A stretch of 45,930 bases of DNA from Bacillota bacterium (GTDB taxonomy: Bacteria > Bacillota > Bacilli > Alicyclobacillales > SLC66): NCBI GenBank assembly GCA_021846285.1, contig JAJZCB010000022.1, positions 1 through 45,930 on the forward strand, read 5' to 3'. The notes under the pieces are model-generated. The model had not been told where the DNA came from and did no database searches. It was given only the letters and a program-made list of their open reading frames with translations. Shown piece after piece: positions 37,109-45,930 of the stretch (position 1 is the first letter of the stretch; each line of letters opens with the position of its first letter). The position numbers and the translations under genes were made by a program.

Positions 37109-37868
37109 CCGTCCACATCCTCGTCGAAAGCTCACCCGACGGAAAATCATCAAACCATTCTCGACCGATATCGAATAAATGAGAAATCGGCATTTCGGAA
37201 CGTTCAGGCGCAGCTTGGAGATCTTCCAGTCGGAGGCGTACAGGAGAAGAAAGATTATACACGATTCGTCCTCGCGCATAAACCCTGCATCCGAAAAGAG
37301 AGCGAACGATATCGAGCATATCGGGATCGAAGGTCACTCTCACCCTTCGTCCAGACTGGGTATCCCAAATGGAACACTCCCGTCGCTCGTGTACCGTTAC
37401 GGATTCCAGCATACCTTCTATGACGCCGGATGATTCCATATCCATGGAACGAAGCTTGGCGACTGTAGTGGCAGCAGTGGAAATCAGTCGTACGCCATCA
37501 GTGGGGTCATCAAGACTGAGCACGATATCCAAGCGGTCAGCTAGCGCGGACATGGTCCGGAGAATATCTTCCTCTTCCGGGATGAGGTTTACCTCATGCG
37601 GAGCGTTTGCCCAACTTCGTACGTTTTCGTGAATACGTCGAACGGCACGAACAGCAGATGCACTGGGCGCGTCCGGAACGAGTACCAGTGTGGGGGTGCT
37701 ATGATGCATGTCGCGTATCATCCACACGGTTCTCGAAGCGCGACCAGACTCCATGCGTTCTGCGAGAGAAAGCCATCGCAGCAAAGAATCCATGCTGGAT
37801 GAAAAATCCCTAGCCGTTATTAACTCGGAGCGTTCTAAGAAGGACAACGTAAGCGAAAAGCCCTCCAC
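37098..37868 (-). CDS. Hypothetical 256-aa protein, cognate partner of the PIN nuclease (no recognisable domain, no obvious HTH)
   Basis: Start taken at the second GTG (37868) after AAAGGAGGTGA. Operonic with and overlapping the PIN gene. Confidence 0.5.
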   Translation of the reverse strand: MEGFSLTLSFLERSELITARDFSSSMDSLLRWLSLAERMESGRASRTVWMIRDMHHSTPTLVLVPDAPSASAVRAVRRIHENVRSWANAPHEVNLIPEEEDILRTMSALADRLDIVLSLDDPTDGVRLISTAATTVAKLRSMDMESSGVIEGMLESVTVHERRECSIWDTQSGRRVRVTFDPDMLDIVRSLFGCRVYARGRIVYNLSSPVRLRLEDLQAAPERSEMPISHLFDIGREWFDDFPSGELSTRMWTDGE

Positions 37869-38134
37869 CTGACTCACCTCCTTTGGACTCGATAGTCCGC
37901 ACTTTCCGATACATCCATCCTAACACAAAATGACGGATTCGCTGCACACAGGAAGGCCGTTTTATCCAGGCTCCAATTCGTGAACAGATTCCAGACTGCA
38001 TGCATCAGCCCCGATATGACGACGAGGAGAAATCGCGAGAACAAGCAAGATGAGCCTCCTAGGGAGACCTATTCAGTCGGTCGTTACCCGCCCCGCTTTA
38101 TAATCCGGTCTTCAGCTGTGAAATCCGTAAAAAC

Positions 38135-38662
38135 CTATGAATTCTCTATGAGTAGCCGAAGATTCCTCTCGTTCAATCCATTTTGACAGAATTGAAATGA
38201 CACAGAGGTCATCCATTGCACCCGATCAATGATCTGACCGAGGTGATACCCGGTGTGTTCAATTAGATGAAATAGATGGTGCATATCCTCAGCATGACGT
38301 GCCTGCACAGCCACTTGACTGACGGCGCCATGCCACTCGGAAAATACCCGTTCCACCATCGACGCCAGTTCACCTGGTGAAATACCGGTGTCCGGGAAAT
38401 ATTCCTCTATCCCTTGCCCATGAGAAACATACATAGCCGTCCGGTATCTGTTCGCGCTCCGTTGCACCTGTTCGGCAATGTGCAAAACGATCCCACCTGT
38501 GGAATTGAGTTGCTCCGTCGGATGCCTCCACAACTCTTCTTGATTCAGCTCGCGGATGGCTCGCAGAAGTTTGATCAGATAATGATCCATCATGCGATGT
38601 CTCGCGATGCGAAGAAACAGATCCATATCTATGACGTTTTCAGTTACCCCGTCCTGCTGCAC
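38135..38662 (-). CDS. DinB/YfiT-like (DinB_2 / DUF1572) four-helix-bundle protein
   Basis: W.HP...GGIVLHIAEQ...H pattern. Confidence 0.55.
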   Translation of the reverse strand: MQQDGVTENVIDMDLFLRIARHRMMDHYLIKLLRAIRELNQEELWRHPTEQLNSTGGIVLHIAEQVQRSANRYRTAMYVSHGQGIEEYFPDTGISPGELASMVERVFSEWHGAVSQVAVQARHAEDMHHLFHLIEHTGYHLGQIIDRVQWMTSVSFQFCQNGLNERNLRLLIENS

Positions 38663-38738
38663 TCGTCTAAATCCCTCCTCCCGTATCCTTCACACCTCCT
38701 TTTATTCGAGAGGCATAAGTGTAAGTCAGACTTACAAC

Positions 38739-39077
38739 TCAAACTGCCGAAATACGAAATGGATGCCGCAGATCATCAAGACTACTGTAAAACATAGCAC
38801 AATTATGAGCATTTTGAATCAGGTTGATACGGAAAGTGTCACTTACCAGCTTATAACGGACCATGATCATGCGAACCGATGTTTCCATGTCGATGGGTCT
38901 TGGTCTCCCGGAGAAAACGTCGATCGTCTGCCAGGAAATAACGGAGACGTGCGCTCGATGCAGTTCACATAAAAACTCCAGGTTCGGCGGTTGAACGTCT
39001 CGAATTCCCAGCCGCTTCAGATAACTGCGAACCATCTCCGAGGTCAATATAAACTCCCCGCTTCCCAACCGGATCAT
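38739..39077 (-). pseudogene. N-terminal fragment of an arylamine N-acetyltransferase (NAT) gene
   Basis: YLKRLGIRDVQPPNLEFLCELHRAHVSVISWQTIDVFSGRPRPIDME matches the NAT N-terminus. The catalytic Cys motif is absent. ATGA overlap with the upstream NAT-like gene. Confidence 0.4.
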
Positions 39078-39844
39078 TCCATTTCTTTGCTTGATGTGTA
39101 CTTTTCATAGACGTCCAGCGCCTTTCGGATGACATCCAGATGGATGCCCGTGCGGTCGTGTATGCGAAGGCTCCATCGTTCATTCGATCCTGCGGGGAAC
39201 TCATCGGCAAGACCCGTATCCGTCCCGAGGAAACTGCGCCATGAATCGAATTCCCAGTGGGCAACCTCTCCAGATACCAGAACCCGCATCTCACAGAGAG
39301 GATGACGAAGCAACGACTGCGATGCTGTGCCCGCCCGCATAAGCATATCATCATCGATTCTCGACAACTCATACAGTTGTTTACTCGTCTTACCACCGGG
39401 CCAATGGTAGATCACGGCCGTTTGCCCGCAGTCCGTTTCCACTTGAACACGGCCCCCGGTCACAAATCCCGAAACGGGTTGCAGTGTAAAATCGGCGCTC
39501 GCTGAATCGATAAGAATGGGTGCGATCCATTGATCGCCGAGATCGCAGAGATAACGATATCCATTGTCCACAGCGATAACGGCCACGTGCGCGTTTGGGG
39601 TGAGGAGATCGTGCCCGATTGCATAAGCGTCAATTCCCGCAATTTCAAATGCGTGCAGGAGCCAAATCGCCAGATCAAAACAGTTGCCGCTGGTTCCAAA
39701 TTGAAGCCGATCATCGACCATCTCGCTCACCGTGCGCTGTCTGCGACCTCTATCCGTTTCGTACAGCCATGCTTTCGTTAGAGTCTCCATAGGATAACCA
39801 TCAAATAGCTTCCAGACATTCAAAATAGAATTCGGCGCCTTCAA
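39074..39844 (-). CDS. Arylamine N-acetyltransferase-like protein (atypical N-terminus)
   Basis: FGTSGNCFDLAIWLLHAFEIAGI matches RGGxCFELNxLF around the catalytic Cys. 256 aa. Confidence 0.5.
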   Translation of the reverse strand: MKAPNSILNVWKLFDGYPMETLTKAWLYETDRGRRQRTVSEMVDDRLQFGTSGNCFDLAIWLLHAFEIAGIDAYAIGHDLLTPNAHVAVIAVDNGYRYLCDLGDQWIAPILIDSASADFTLQPVSGFVTGGRVQVETDCGQTAVIYHWPGGKTSKQLYELSRIDDDMLMRAGTASQSLLRHPLCEMRVLVSGEVAHWEFDSWRSFLGTDTGLADEFPAGSNERWSLRIHDRTGIHLDVIRKALDVYEKYTSSKEME

Positions 39845-39912
39845 ATTCGATCACCTCTTTAGGCCACAGTTTTCATCTTTCGCAACTGGCCTGTAAGCAG
39901 TCAGACATCGGA

Positions 39913-40122
39913 TCATTCTTTCGTCACAATCGACTGCACACGACCGACTTGTCCATCTTGCAACCGTACCTTGATGCCACGCGGATGTGTCGCCGAGTTG
40001 GTCAAGATATCTTTGACAATGCCGCGCGTCAGCTTTCCTGTCCGTTGATCTTTCTTCAGCACAATGTCCACGAAAACTCCTGGTCGGATCCGGCTGCGAA
40101 TTTGCCCGTCCTGAGTACTCAT
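39913..40122 (-). CDS. YwbE-family (DUF2196) small protein
   Basis: IRPGVFVDIVLKKDQRTGKLTRGIVKDILTNSATHPRGIKVRLQDGQVGRVQSIV is nearly identical in pattern to B. subtilis YwbE. AGGAGG ribosome-binding site. Confidence 0.8.
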   Translation of the reverse strand: MSTQDGQIRSRIRPGVFVDIVLKKDQRTGKLTRGIVKDILTNSATHPRGIKVRLQDGQVGRVQSIVTKE

Positions 40123-40523
40123 AATGTTCCTGCCTCCTGCGGTATTCGTAGACAAATACTCAGCTCGCAAACGCTCGCAATTCGTTATGGCTGTAGTCCA
40201 TCCAGGGAACACCTTGCTCCCGCAACAAATCCATAAATGAATCCAACATGCACTCACAGAGTTCTGCCGCCTTGGCCAAGCTTATTTTACGGCTGATCAA
40301 CAAGACCATAGCGACAGATAACTGCACCCGATCTTCCAACCAGTGGAAACACCAAATTCATCACGAAGCGGTCGGAACTCCTCCGGCAAATGCACGTCAA
40401 ACCCTGAGCCCATAGTTTTCCCCCCTGGTCTGTAACCCTGGTGTAAAGGTGCCGCTGCATGGGAAACGCATCCTCACCTCTTTCATGTGACGGGCGTCGA
40501 TTAACTTGGGTCATTTTCAAGGT

Positions 40524-41135
40524 TCAGTCGATGCATGATAAGTCGATATCGTACTCCATTCGGCGCGCCGTCCTTTGAGCCACTTCCACACCAAGCAACC
40601 GTCTAACAATGTGAAACGACATGTCGATCCCCGCAGAGATGCCCCCTGAAGTGAGCACGTTGCCCTGGTCGACAAATTTTACCCCTCGCTGCACCTGAAC
40701 ACGGGGAAACTCCGTTTCCAACCTGTCGTAGCTCGCCCAGTGCGTCGTGGCTGTTTTGCTGTCCAGAAGACCTGCTTTCGCGAGCAAGAGAGCGCCAGTG
40801 CATACAGAGGCCATCATGTTCACATCCGCCATACGCCCCGCAATCCACCCGATCACTCGGAGATTGTTAAGTTCACGTTCACGGGCGCCGGGCCCTCCGG
40901 GAATGATGAGGATGTCAAAATGCGGGGCGGTTTCGATGTCGTAGTCCGGTTGCACCTTGAGCCCGTTTCGTGCATGAACCAGCTTCCCTGTCTCTGACAC
41001 GGTTGTCACTACAAACGGTCTGGCACCGTGATCATCGAGAGGTGCGGTGACTGAAAACACCTCAAATGGCCCCGCGAAGTCCAACACCTCGATGTCATCA
41101 AAGAGCAGAATCCCGACCAACCACTGCTGATTCAT
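40524..41135 (-). CDS. DJ-1/PfpI-family protein (GATase1-like)
   Basis: ILIIPGG...MMASVCTGALLLAKAGLL nucleophile-elbow Cys. Confidence 0.8.
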   Translation of the reverse strand: MNQQWLVGILLFDDIEVLDFAGPFEVFSVTAPLDDHGARPFVVTTVSETGKLVHARNGLKVQPDYDIETAPHFDILIIPGGPGARERELNNLRVIGWIAGRMADVNMMASVCTGALLLAKAGLLDSKTATTHWASYDRLETEFPRVQVQRGVKFVDQGNVLTSGGISAGIDMSFHIVRRLLGVEVAQRTARRMEYDIDLSCID

Positions 41136-41624
41136 GAGGACACCCCTTACCTTTTTACCCGCCGTCCCCCAAACTTTTCCGATCCCATTTCATCCGTGTC
41201 TCTGCATAGTTTACCAAGAGCCGTGTCTATTGTGAATGTATGTGCTGTTTGAATCGTAATGAATCCCAACAAGCTTCCGTTTTATTGAAGGCCAATTTTG
41301 AAAGAACCTTGGCTGTCGTTGGGCACAACACCTAGCCAAATCACCGCGAATACCCAAGTGAATGGAGGTAGTTTACTACGATACATTTGATTCAAGTTTA
41401 CGCCCCACTCCTAGTTGCAGCTATGTTAGGTTACTATTATGCCGCGAGGAGCAAAAAATCCGATAGGTTTTATGCTCAGAGTATGGATAATTTGGATACC
41501 TCATCATCTCCGATGTTTCGTGGCGCAAACTCTAACGCTGTACTGACCTCACCAAACCCGCTGTGCCTCTCAAGCCCCATCTTCTTGGCGAGATGACAGC
41601 CGAAATGTCTGGAGCGGGACTGAT

Positions 41625-42632
41625 ATGTTGAATTGGGAGGAGAAGCGCATGGATTTGGATCTGGCCCTTGTGCAAGACCGCATCGAACCCTTGGCGTCCG
41701 CAGTTTCCGTAGAGAAGATCGTGAAGGGTTTTTCCGCTGATCAAAAATATCGCGTCGCAACACAGGACGGAACCGTGTACCTTTTGCGCGTAAGTTCGCT
41801 GTCGCAGTTGGCTCGCAAACAAGACGAGTTTCACATCCTGCAACATATGCGCGACTATCAGGTCCAGTCACCGGTTCCCGTCAGCATGGGCCCACTCCCG
41901 GATCTGCAACTCTGTTACTATGTAGTCTCGTACGTGGAAGGAGAAGACGCGCAGGATGCGCTTCCCGGCTATTCACAGCAGGTTCAATTTGACATCGGCG
42001 CGGCGGCAGGGCGCGATCTGCGCAGGATGCACCACTATATTGCGCCGCCCGACATCTCGCCTTGGCGTGAGCGCCTCATAAGGAAGCACCGAAAATATGT
42101 GGATGCCTACCGTACGAGCGGGATCGTGCTCAAGCACGCCGACGCAGTTTCAACTTTCATTGACGATCATCTGCGATACATCCAGCAAAGCGCTAACGTC
42201 TTTCAACACGATGACTTTCATGTCGGCAATCTGATCGTTCGCGACGGCGCCTACTCTGGCGTGATTGACTTCAACCGTTATGATTGGGGAGACCCCATTC
42301 ACGACATGGTTAAAGTCGGCCTCTTCAGTCGGGAGATCAGCGTTCCATTTGCCAATGGGCAATTGCAGGGTTACTTTGCAGGAGACTTTCATGCCGCTTC
42401 GCAGCACCAACAACCGGGAAAAAAATACGCCTCCGGCGATTTTCCGGGAGAGCAGCCGCCGGAACATTTCTGGGAGACGTACGCAGTTTATGTGGCCATG
42501 ACCGTCATTGCGTCCGTGGTCTGGACACTGCAGATGACGCCAGAACAGATGGATTCCATGATGGAACGCTTATACTTGGTAATGGAGGACCACAAACAGT
42601 TTACATTGGCCAAGCCCGCGTGGGCGGAGTAG
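41625..42632 (+). CDS. Phosphotransferase (APH/choline-kinase family) carrying an in-frame R1-derived insert
   Basis: HDDFHVGNLIV...GVIDFNRYDWGDPIHD catalytic motifs. Residues ~254-277 (HAASQHQQPGKKYASGDFPGEQPP) are encoded by R1 copy C. Confidence 0.7.
   Translation: MLNWEEKRMDLDLALVQDRIEPLASAVSVEKIVKGFSADQKYRVATQDGTVYLLRVSSLSQLARKQDEFHILQHMRDYQVQSPVPVSMGPLPDLQLCYYVVSYVEGEDAQDALPGYSQQVQFDIGAAAGRDLRRMHHYIAPPDISPWRERLIRKHRKYVDAYRTSGIVLKHADAVSTFIDDHLRYIQQSANVFQHDDFHVGNLIVRDGAYSGVIDFNRYDWGDPIHDMVKVGLFSREISVPFANGQLQGYFAGDFHAASQHQQPGKKYASGDFPGEQPPEHFWETYAVYVAMTVIASVVWTLQMTPEQMDSMMERLYLVMEDHKQFTLAKPAWAE
42383..42448 (+). repeat. Repeat family R1, copy C (partial), inside the phosphotransferase CDS
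   Basis: agactttcatgccgcttcgcagcaccaacaaccgggaaaaaaatacgcctccggcgattttccggg. Shares the 5' 12-mer and the 3' ~50 nt with copies A and B. Confidence 0.6.
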
Positions 42633-42692
42633 CGCGTCTGTGACGACTGCTGACAGGGAGTTCGAACGATTTACCGCAGAGGCGCTGAAGTT

Positions 42693-43079
42693 CTACTCTT
42701 GCATCTCGCGGCGAAAACGCAAGACTCTCCTTGTCGCTTCTCGATACACTTCCTCTCTGTCTCTTGGACCTATTGCAATGATTTCCATGTGTAGGAATCC
42801 GTCAATTCGACGTGGTCGGTAGATGATTCTTAGCGAAAGAGACTTTGCTTTGATTTTGCTAAAACCAGACAGCTCCCCGTGTAAGGGCTCGCCAAGGCCT
42901 TCCGGTTTTAGCGAAGAGCCGGCACTTGCCCGATGCAAGATCAGGGCCAAAATTTGACTTTGAATACCTTTCGGGTAGTCGGCCAGATCACGAATCGCCT
43001 GTTCACCAAAACGTATCCTCACATGGAGTGGCGCAAGGATGGCATTGAGGTTGTCCGCAGCATGCGAATCCGCCATCAC
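42693..43079 (-). CDS. RelE/ParE-family toxin
   Basis: GELSGFSKIKAKSLSLRIIYRP...HMEIIAIGPR. Confidence 0.7.
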   Translation of the reverse strand: MMADSHAADNLNAILAPLHVRIRFGEQAIRDLADYPKGIQSQILALILHRASAGSSLKPEGLGEPLHGELSGFSKIKAKSLSLRIIYRPRRIDGFLHMEIIAIGPRDREEVYREATRRVLRFRREMQE

Positions 43080-43444
43080 TCGTCCTCCTCAACCGTCTCG
43101 CTCATGCGAATGATTTCTTCCACATCCAGTTGAAGTTGATCGATTACATCCGCCACATCAATAGTCGCGGGCTGGTCCTTTCGTTCCAGTGTTTTTTTGT
43201 ACATCATCTCATCCATCGTGTTTTCAATCGCTTCTTCATAGGTTAACAGTCGTTCAAAGTACTCAAAGTCGAGCAGAATCGCCTTTGCCTTCTTATTGCG
43301 GGTGTTTTCGACAACAAAAACATCTTCACTTTCCCCTTTGGAATACTCGTCAAGTATTTCTGTCAACTTTTTTGTACGCATAATGTCCGTGACGGTCAGC
43401 ACCCGCTCACGCAAAAAACGCAGCGAATCCGTACGCGTTTTCAT
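43076..43444 (-). CDS. Phd/YefM-type antitoxin (with acidic C-terminal tail)
   Basis: VFVVENTRNKKAKAILLDFEYFERLL. GAGAGGTG before ATG 43444. ATGA overlap with the toxin gene. Confidence 0.55.
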   Translation of the reverse strand: MKTRTDSLRFLRERVLTVTDIMRTKKLTEILDEYSKGESEDVFVVENTRNKKAKAILLDFEYFERLLTYEEAIENTMDEMMYKKTLERKDQPATIDVADVIDQLQLDVEEIIRMSETVEEDE

Positions 43445-43766
43445 ACATTGCACCTCTCATCAGTAAAATCATCACTTTTATTATACCACTGCAAATGTGA
43501 TTTTATCGCTCGTTTGTGATGATCGTTTTCACTCAATCGATGATGCTTTCCTGCTCCAAACGGGTGCCGTGCGCAAGCATGCCGGCAATACCGGAACCCA
43601 ATCGGATTGGCCACTATTACACCCGACGATACCGACGTTCCGGATCAAGCCTACCAATGCGTTATACTGTATACCGTATCAGGACGGCGGATCTCCACGT
43701 TGGCATCTCCGTGTCAGATTCATCATAGGAAACGGCCATGGAATCCCCCTTGAAGAGGTGCGTGTC

Positions 43767-44768
43767 ATGGAATCCCGGAAACGACCCCTATTTGCCGACG
43801 TGATCGCCTATGGGCAATGCTTCGCGGATGCAGACTACTGGCATCCCTACGTGTCGGAGGTGATTCGGCGCCACAACCTGCCAAGCGCTGGTCAAGTGCG
43901 AGAAACACTGCCCGGTACACACCCGGTATTTGTCCTCGATAATCGCTTTGTGGTGAAGTTCTTTACCCACCTTTTTCAGGGTTCGCGATCCGCGATCACA
44001 GAAAAAGCCGTGTATGATCGACTGACTGTAGATTCATTCGTGCCCGCTGCTGCACTCGTGGGGTCTGGCGATCTGTTCCCAGTGCAGGATGGTCAGTGGC
44101 ACTGGCCATATCTTATCACCACTGTCGTAGAAGGATCGAGCTTTGGCGAAACGGAACCTCACGCGTGGGAAGATCGGGTTCACGCCGCAGCCGCAGCGGG
44201 TGTGCTGTTGCGCCAGTTTCATTCGCAGCGACTCTCGTCGGAGGGGGTTCTCGCCGCGCACTGGCATGATTTTGGCGAACTGTTGGAGCGTCGCCGACGC
44301 GCCATGTGCATGCCAGGCGCCCTGGACGCGGCGCCGTTCCATATGCGGCCCATGATCAAGGCGCGAGTGGAGTCCACTGCGCTGCCATTCGATCCGCATC
44401 AGGCGTGCCATCTTCTCCATGGCGATCTGAATGCCGATCACCTCTTTGGTGTGCAAGAAGCCGCGGGATGGAGATTCACAGGCGTCATCGATTTCGGAGA
44501 TGTCAAAGTGGGCGACCCGATCTACGACTTTGTACCGGTGCATATTGGACTGTTTCGCTGTGACAAGCGTCTCCTGCGGATTTGCCTCGACGCCTATGAA
44601 CCGGACAGGACGATGCTGCGTGATTTTGTACAGCGCGCGATGGATTATACCTGGTTGTATGAGAGTTGTGTCGTGAAGGATCTGTTTGCCGCAAGCCCAG
44701 CTTTCGCTCTGGCGCACACAATAGAGGAATTGGCCAGCGCCGTGTGGGACGTGGATCAACAGCAGTAG
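43767..44768 (+). CDS. Phosphotransferase (APH family)
   Basis: HGDLNADHLFG...GVIDFGDVKVGDPIYD. AAGAGGTG before ATG 43767. Source of the fragment at 8055-8156. Confidence 0.7.
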   Translation: MESRKRPLFADVIAYGQCFADADYWHPYVSEVIRRHNLPSAGQVRETLPGTHPVFVLDNRFVVKFFTHLFQGSRSAITEKAVYDRLTVDSFVPAAALVGSGDLFPVQDGQWHWPYLITTVVEGSSFGETEPHAWEDRVHAAAAAGVLLRQFHSQRLSSEGVLAAHWHDFGELLERRRRAMCMPGALDAAPFHMRPMIKARVESTALPFDPHQACHLLHGDLNADHLFGVQEAAGWRFTGVIDFGDVKVGDPIYDFVPVHIGLFRCDKRLLRICLDAYEPDRTMLRDFVQRAMDYTWLYESCVVKDLFAASPAFALAHTIEELASAVWDVDQQQ

Positions 44769-44849
44769 ATCAGTAGATTCTATACGATCACGACACATTG
44801 ACCGAACAAGCCATTGTCGCGTGATACAATACTGTGAGAGGTGTCAGGG

Positions 44850-45449
44850 ATGACAAACGGCAGTGACATTCGCGTCGTAATCGGCGCTGGCGATTACGCG
44901 CACAACAACCCAGGCTGGCTTCATACCCAGGAAGACGACTTGAACCTTTTGCAGCGCGGTGACTGGCTACGCCAGTTTGCTCCAGGATCGCTGACGGCCA
45001 TCCTTGCCGAGCATGTATGGGAGCACCTGACCGAGGACGAGGGGACAAGGGCGGCTCGCATCTGCCATGAATTTCTGAAGCCCGGCGGATACGTGCGCTG
45101 CGCGGTGCCCGATGGCTATTTCCCCAACGCGGCCTATCAGCGCATGGCGCAAGTGGGCGGTCCTCCGGACATCCCCAATCACCCGGCCGCCAGTCACAAG
45201 ATCGTGTACAACTACCGGACGCTGACCGACGTATTTGCGCGAGCAGGGTTCGCAGTCCGATTGCTGGAGTATTGTGACGAAGCGGGCTCACTTCACTCCA
45301 CAGATTGGGATCCTGCACAAGGGTTCATTTACCGCACGCTGCGCTATGATCAGCGAAACCAAAAAGAGCAGCTTGAGTTCGTGTCACTCCTGATCGACGC
45401 GGTCAAACCGGGCCGGCAAACAACAGGTGAACGTCATGCGCAGAGTTGA
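44850..45449 (+). CDS. Putative class-I methyltransferase-fold protein (weak assignment)
   Basis: VVIGAGDYAHNNPGW...LKPGGYVRCAVPD. GAGAGGTG ribosome-binding site. Confidence 0.4.
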   Translation: MTNGSDIRVVIGAGDYAHNNPGWLHTQEDDLNLLQRGDWLRQFAPGSLTAILAEHVWEHLTEDEGTRAARICHEFLKPGGYVRCAVPDGYFPNAAYQRMAQVGGPPDIPNHPAASHKIVYNYRTLTDVFARAGFAVRLLEYCDEAGSLHSTDWDPAQGFIYRTLRYDQRNQKEQLEFVSLLIDAVKPGRQTTGERHAQS

Positions 45450-45545
45450 AGTTTCTCCCTATCAGGTGCGGTGGGTGTCGACGTTTGAGGAAGAAGCCGA
45501 CCGCCTGCGTCAGACCTTTGGTGACGAGGTCCCGCCAACAAGCCA
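45436..45545 (+). pseudogene. GrpB-family (UPF0157) gene truncated after ~30 codons by R2 copy 2
   Basis: MRRVEVSPYQVRWVSTFEEEADRLRQTFGDEV matches the GrpB N-terminus. The reading frame is then lost inside the repeat. Confidence 0.5.
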
Positions 45546-45635
45546 AACCAGGGTAATCCATTTGGTTCTGTAGATCTCGGCGCAGCAAGTATGCCATCGT
45601 GGCTTGCCGCCCGCAGAGCCTCCTCACAGCTACGG
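45533..45635 (+). repeat. Repeat family R2, copy 2
   Basis: Direct repeat of 11702-11804. Confidence 0.7.
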
Positions 45636-45670
45636 CCGCGGGTTGGTTCGTTCATGCATAGTTTTTCTAA

Positions 45671-45925
45671 TTAGTGGATTTGAATTCCATAACGCTGGAT
45701 TTCCTCCACCAAAGGGCCGCCATTTTGAAAATGTTTAACGCCAAGTCTATGAATCTCGATGTCACAGGGGGTATCGAAATGCCAAAACACTCCATTGGCT
45801 TTTCCATAAGCCTCTAAATAGTCCCCATCGAATTCATGAGAAACCACGGCAACATCCAGATCGCTTTCTTCTGTTGCATCGCCCCGGATTCGCGAGCCGA
45901 ACAGCCAAATCGATTCAACCTGCAT
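45671..45925 (-). CDS. Nucleotidyltransferase-domain protein (MNT/Pol-beta superfamily, antitoxin-like)
   Basis: LFGSRIRGDATEESDLDVAVV is the GS...D.D signature. Confidence 0.6.
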   Translation of the reverse strand: MQVESIWLFGSRIRGDATEESDLDVAVVSHEFDGDYLEAYGKANGVFWHFDTPCDIEIHRLGVKHFQNGGPLVEEIQRYGIQIH

Positions 45926-45930
45926 GATTT

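Noticed and set aside
40123-40523. ORF 40287..40520(-) and an adjacent 49-codon frame
   Set aside because: Two short abutting frames without ribosome-binding sites or motifs. Possibly another frameshifted remnant, but support is insufficient.
11702-45635. R2 direct repeats as attL/attR of a 34-kb integrated island
   Set aside because: The intervening DNA is mostly core metabolism (odhAB, ndh, ispH, mutS2, scdA). No integrase is present.

Overview
This 45.9-kb window reads as a chromosomal segment from a moderately GC-rich Firmicute, most likely Bacillales-like. About 45 protein-coding genes are supported, most of them on the minus strand.

Core-function genes (strand and coordinates are in the feature list):
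- htpG
- odhA and odhB (2-oxoglutarate dehydrogenase E1 and E2)
- a type-II NADH dehydrogenase (ndh)
- ispH
- mutS2
- scdA/RIC
- a 7Fe ferredoxin
- an orphan sdhB-like gene
- an OsmC-family gene
- a DJ-1/PfpI-family gene

Accessory material interleaved with them:
- a sensor kinase and OmpR-type regulator pair next to cupredoxin and SHOCT genes
- three type-II toxin-antitoxin-like modules: HicA with a Phd/YefM+HicB-like fusion antitoxin; a PIN nuclease with an unrecognisable 256-aa partner; and RelE/ParE with Phd/YefM
- two phosphotransferase (APH-family) genes
- three families of dispersed short repeats, here called R1 (3 copies), R2 (2 copies) and R3 (3 copies)
- at least ten gene fragments or pseudogenes: cupredoxin, APH, ABC ATPase, acyl-CoA dehydrogenase, radical-SAM 3' end, ilvD, an ISAzo13-like transposase, GrpB, arylamine N-acetyltransferase (NAT), and possibly VIT and Crp

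Notable points:
- htpG and scdA sit in blocks that look AT-richer by eye and are flanked by gene remnants.
- A conserved ~70-nt intergenic element carrying a CRP/FNR-type palindrome (TGTGA-N6-GCACA) lies upstream of three redox operons: odhAB, ndh, and the DUF2249-ispH-DUF2249-sdhB operon.
- The most system-like unknown is the PIN gene with its overlapping 256-aa partner.

No rRNA, tRNA or CRISPR array was seen. All calls rest on my own reading and translation of the sequence. No database search was run.
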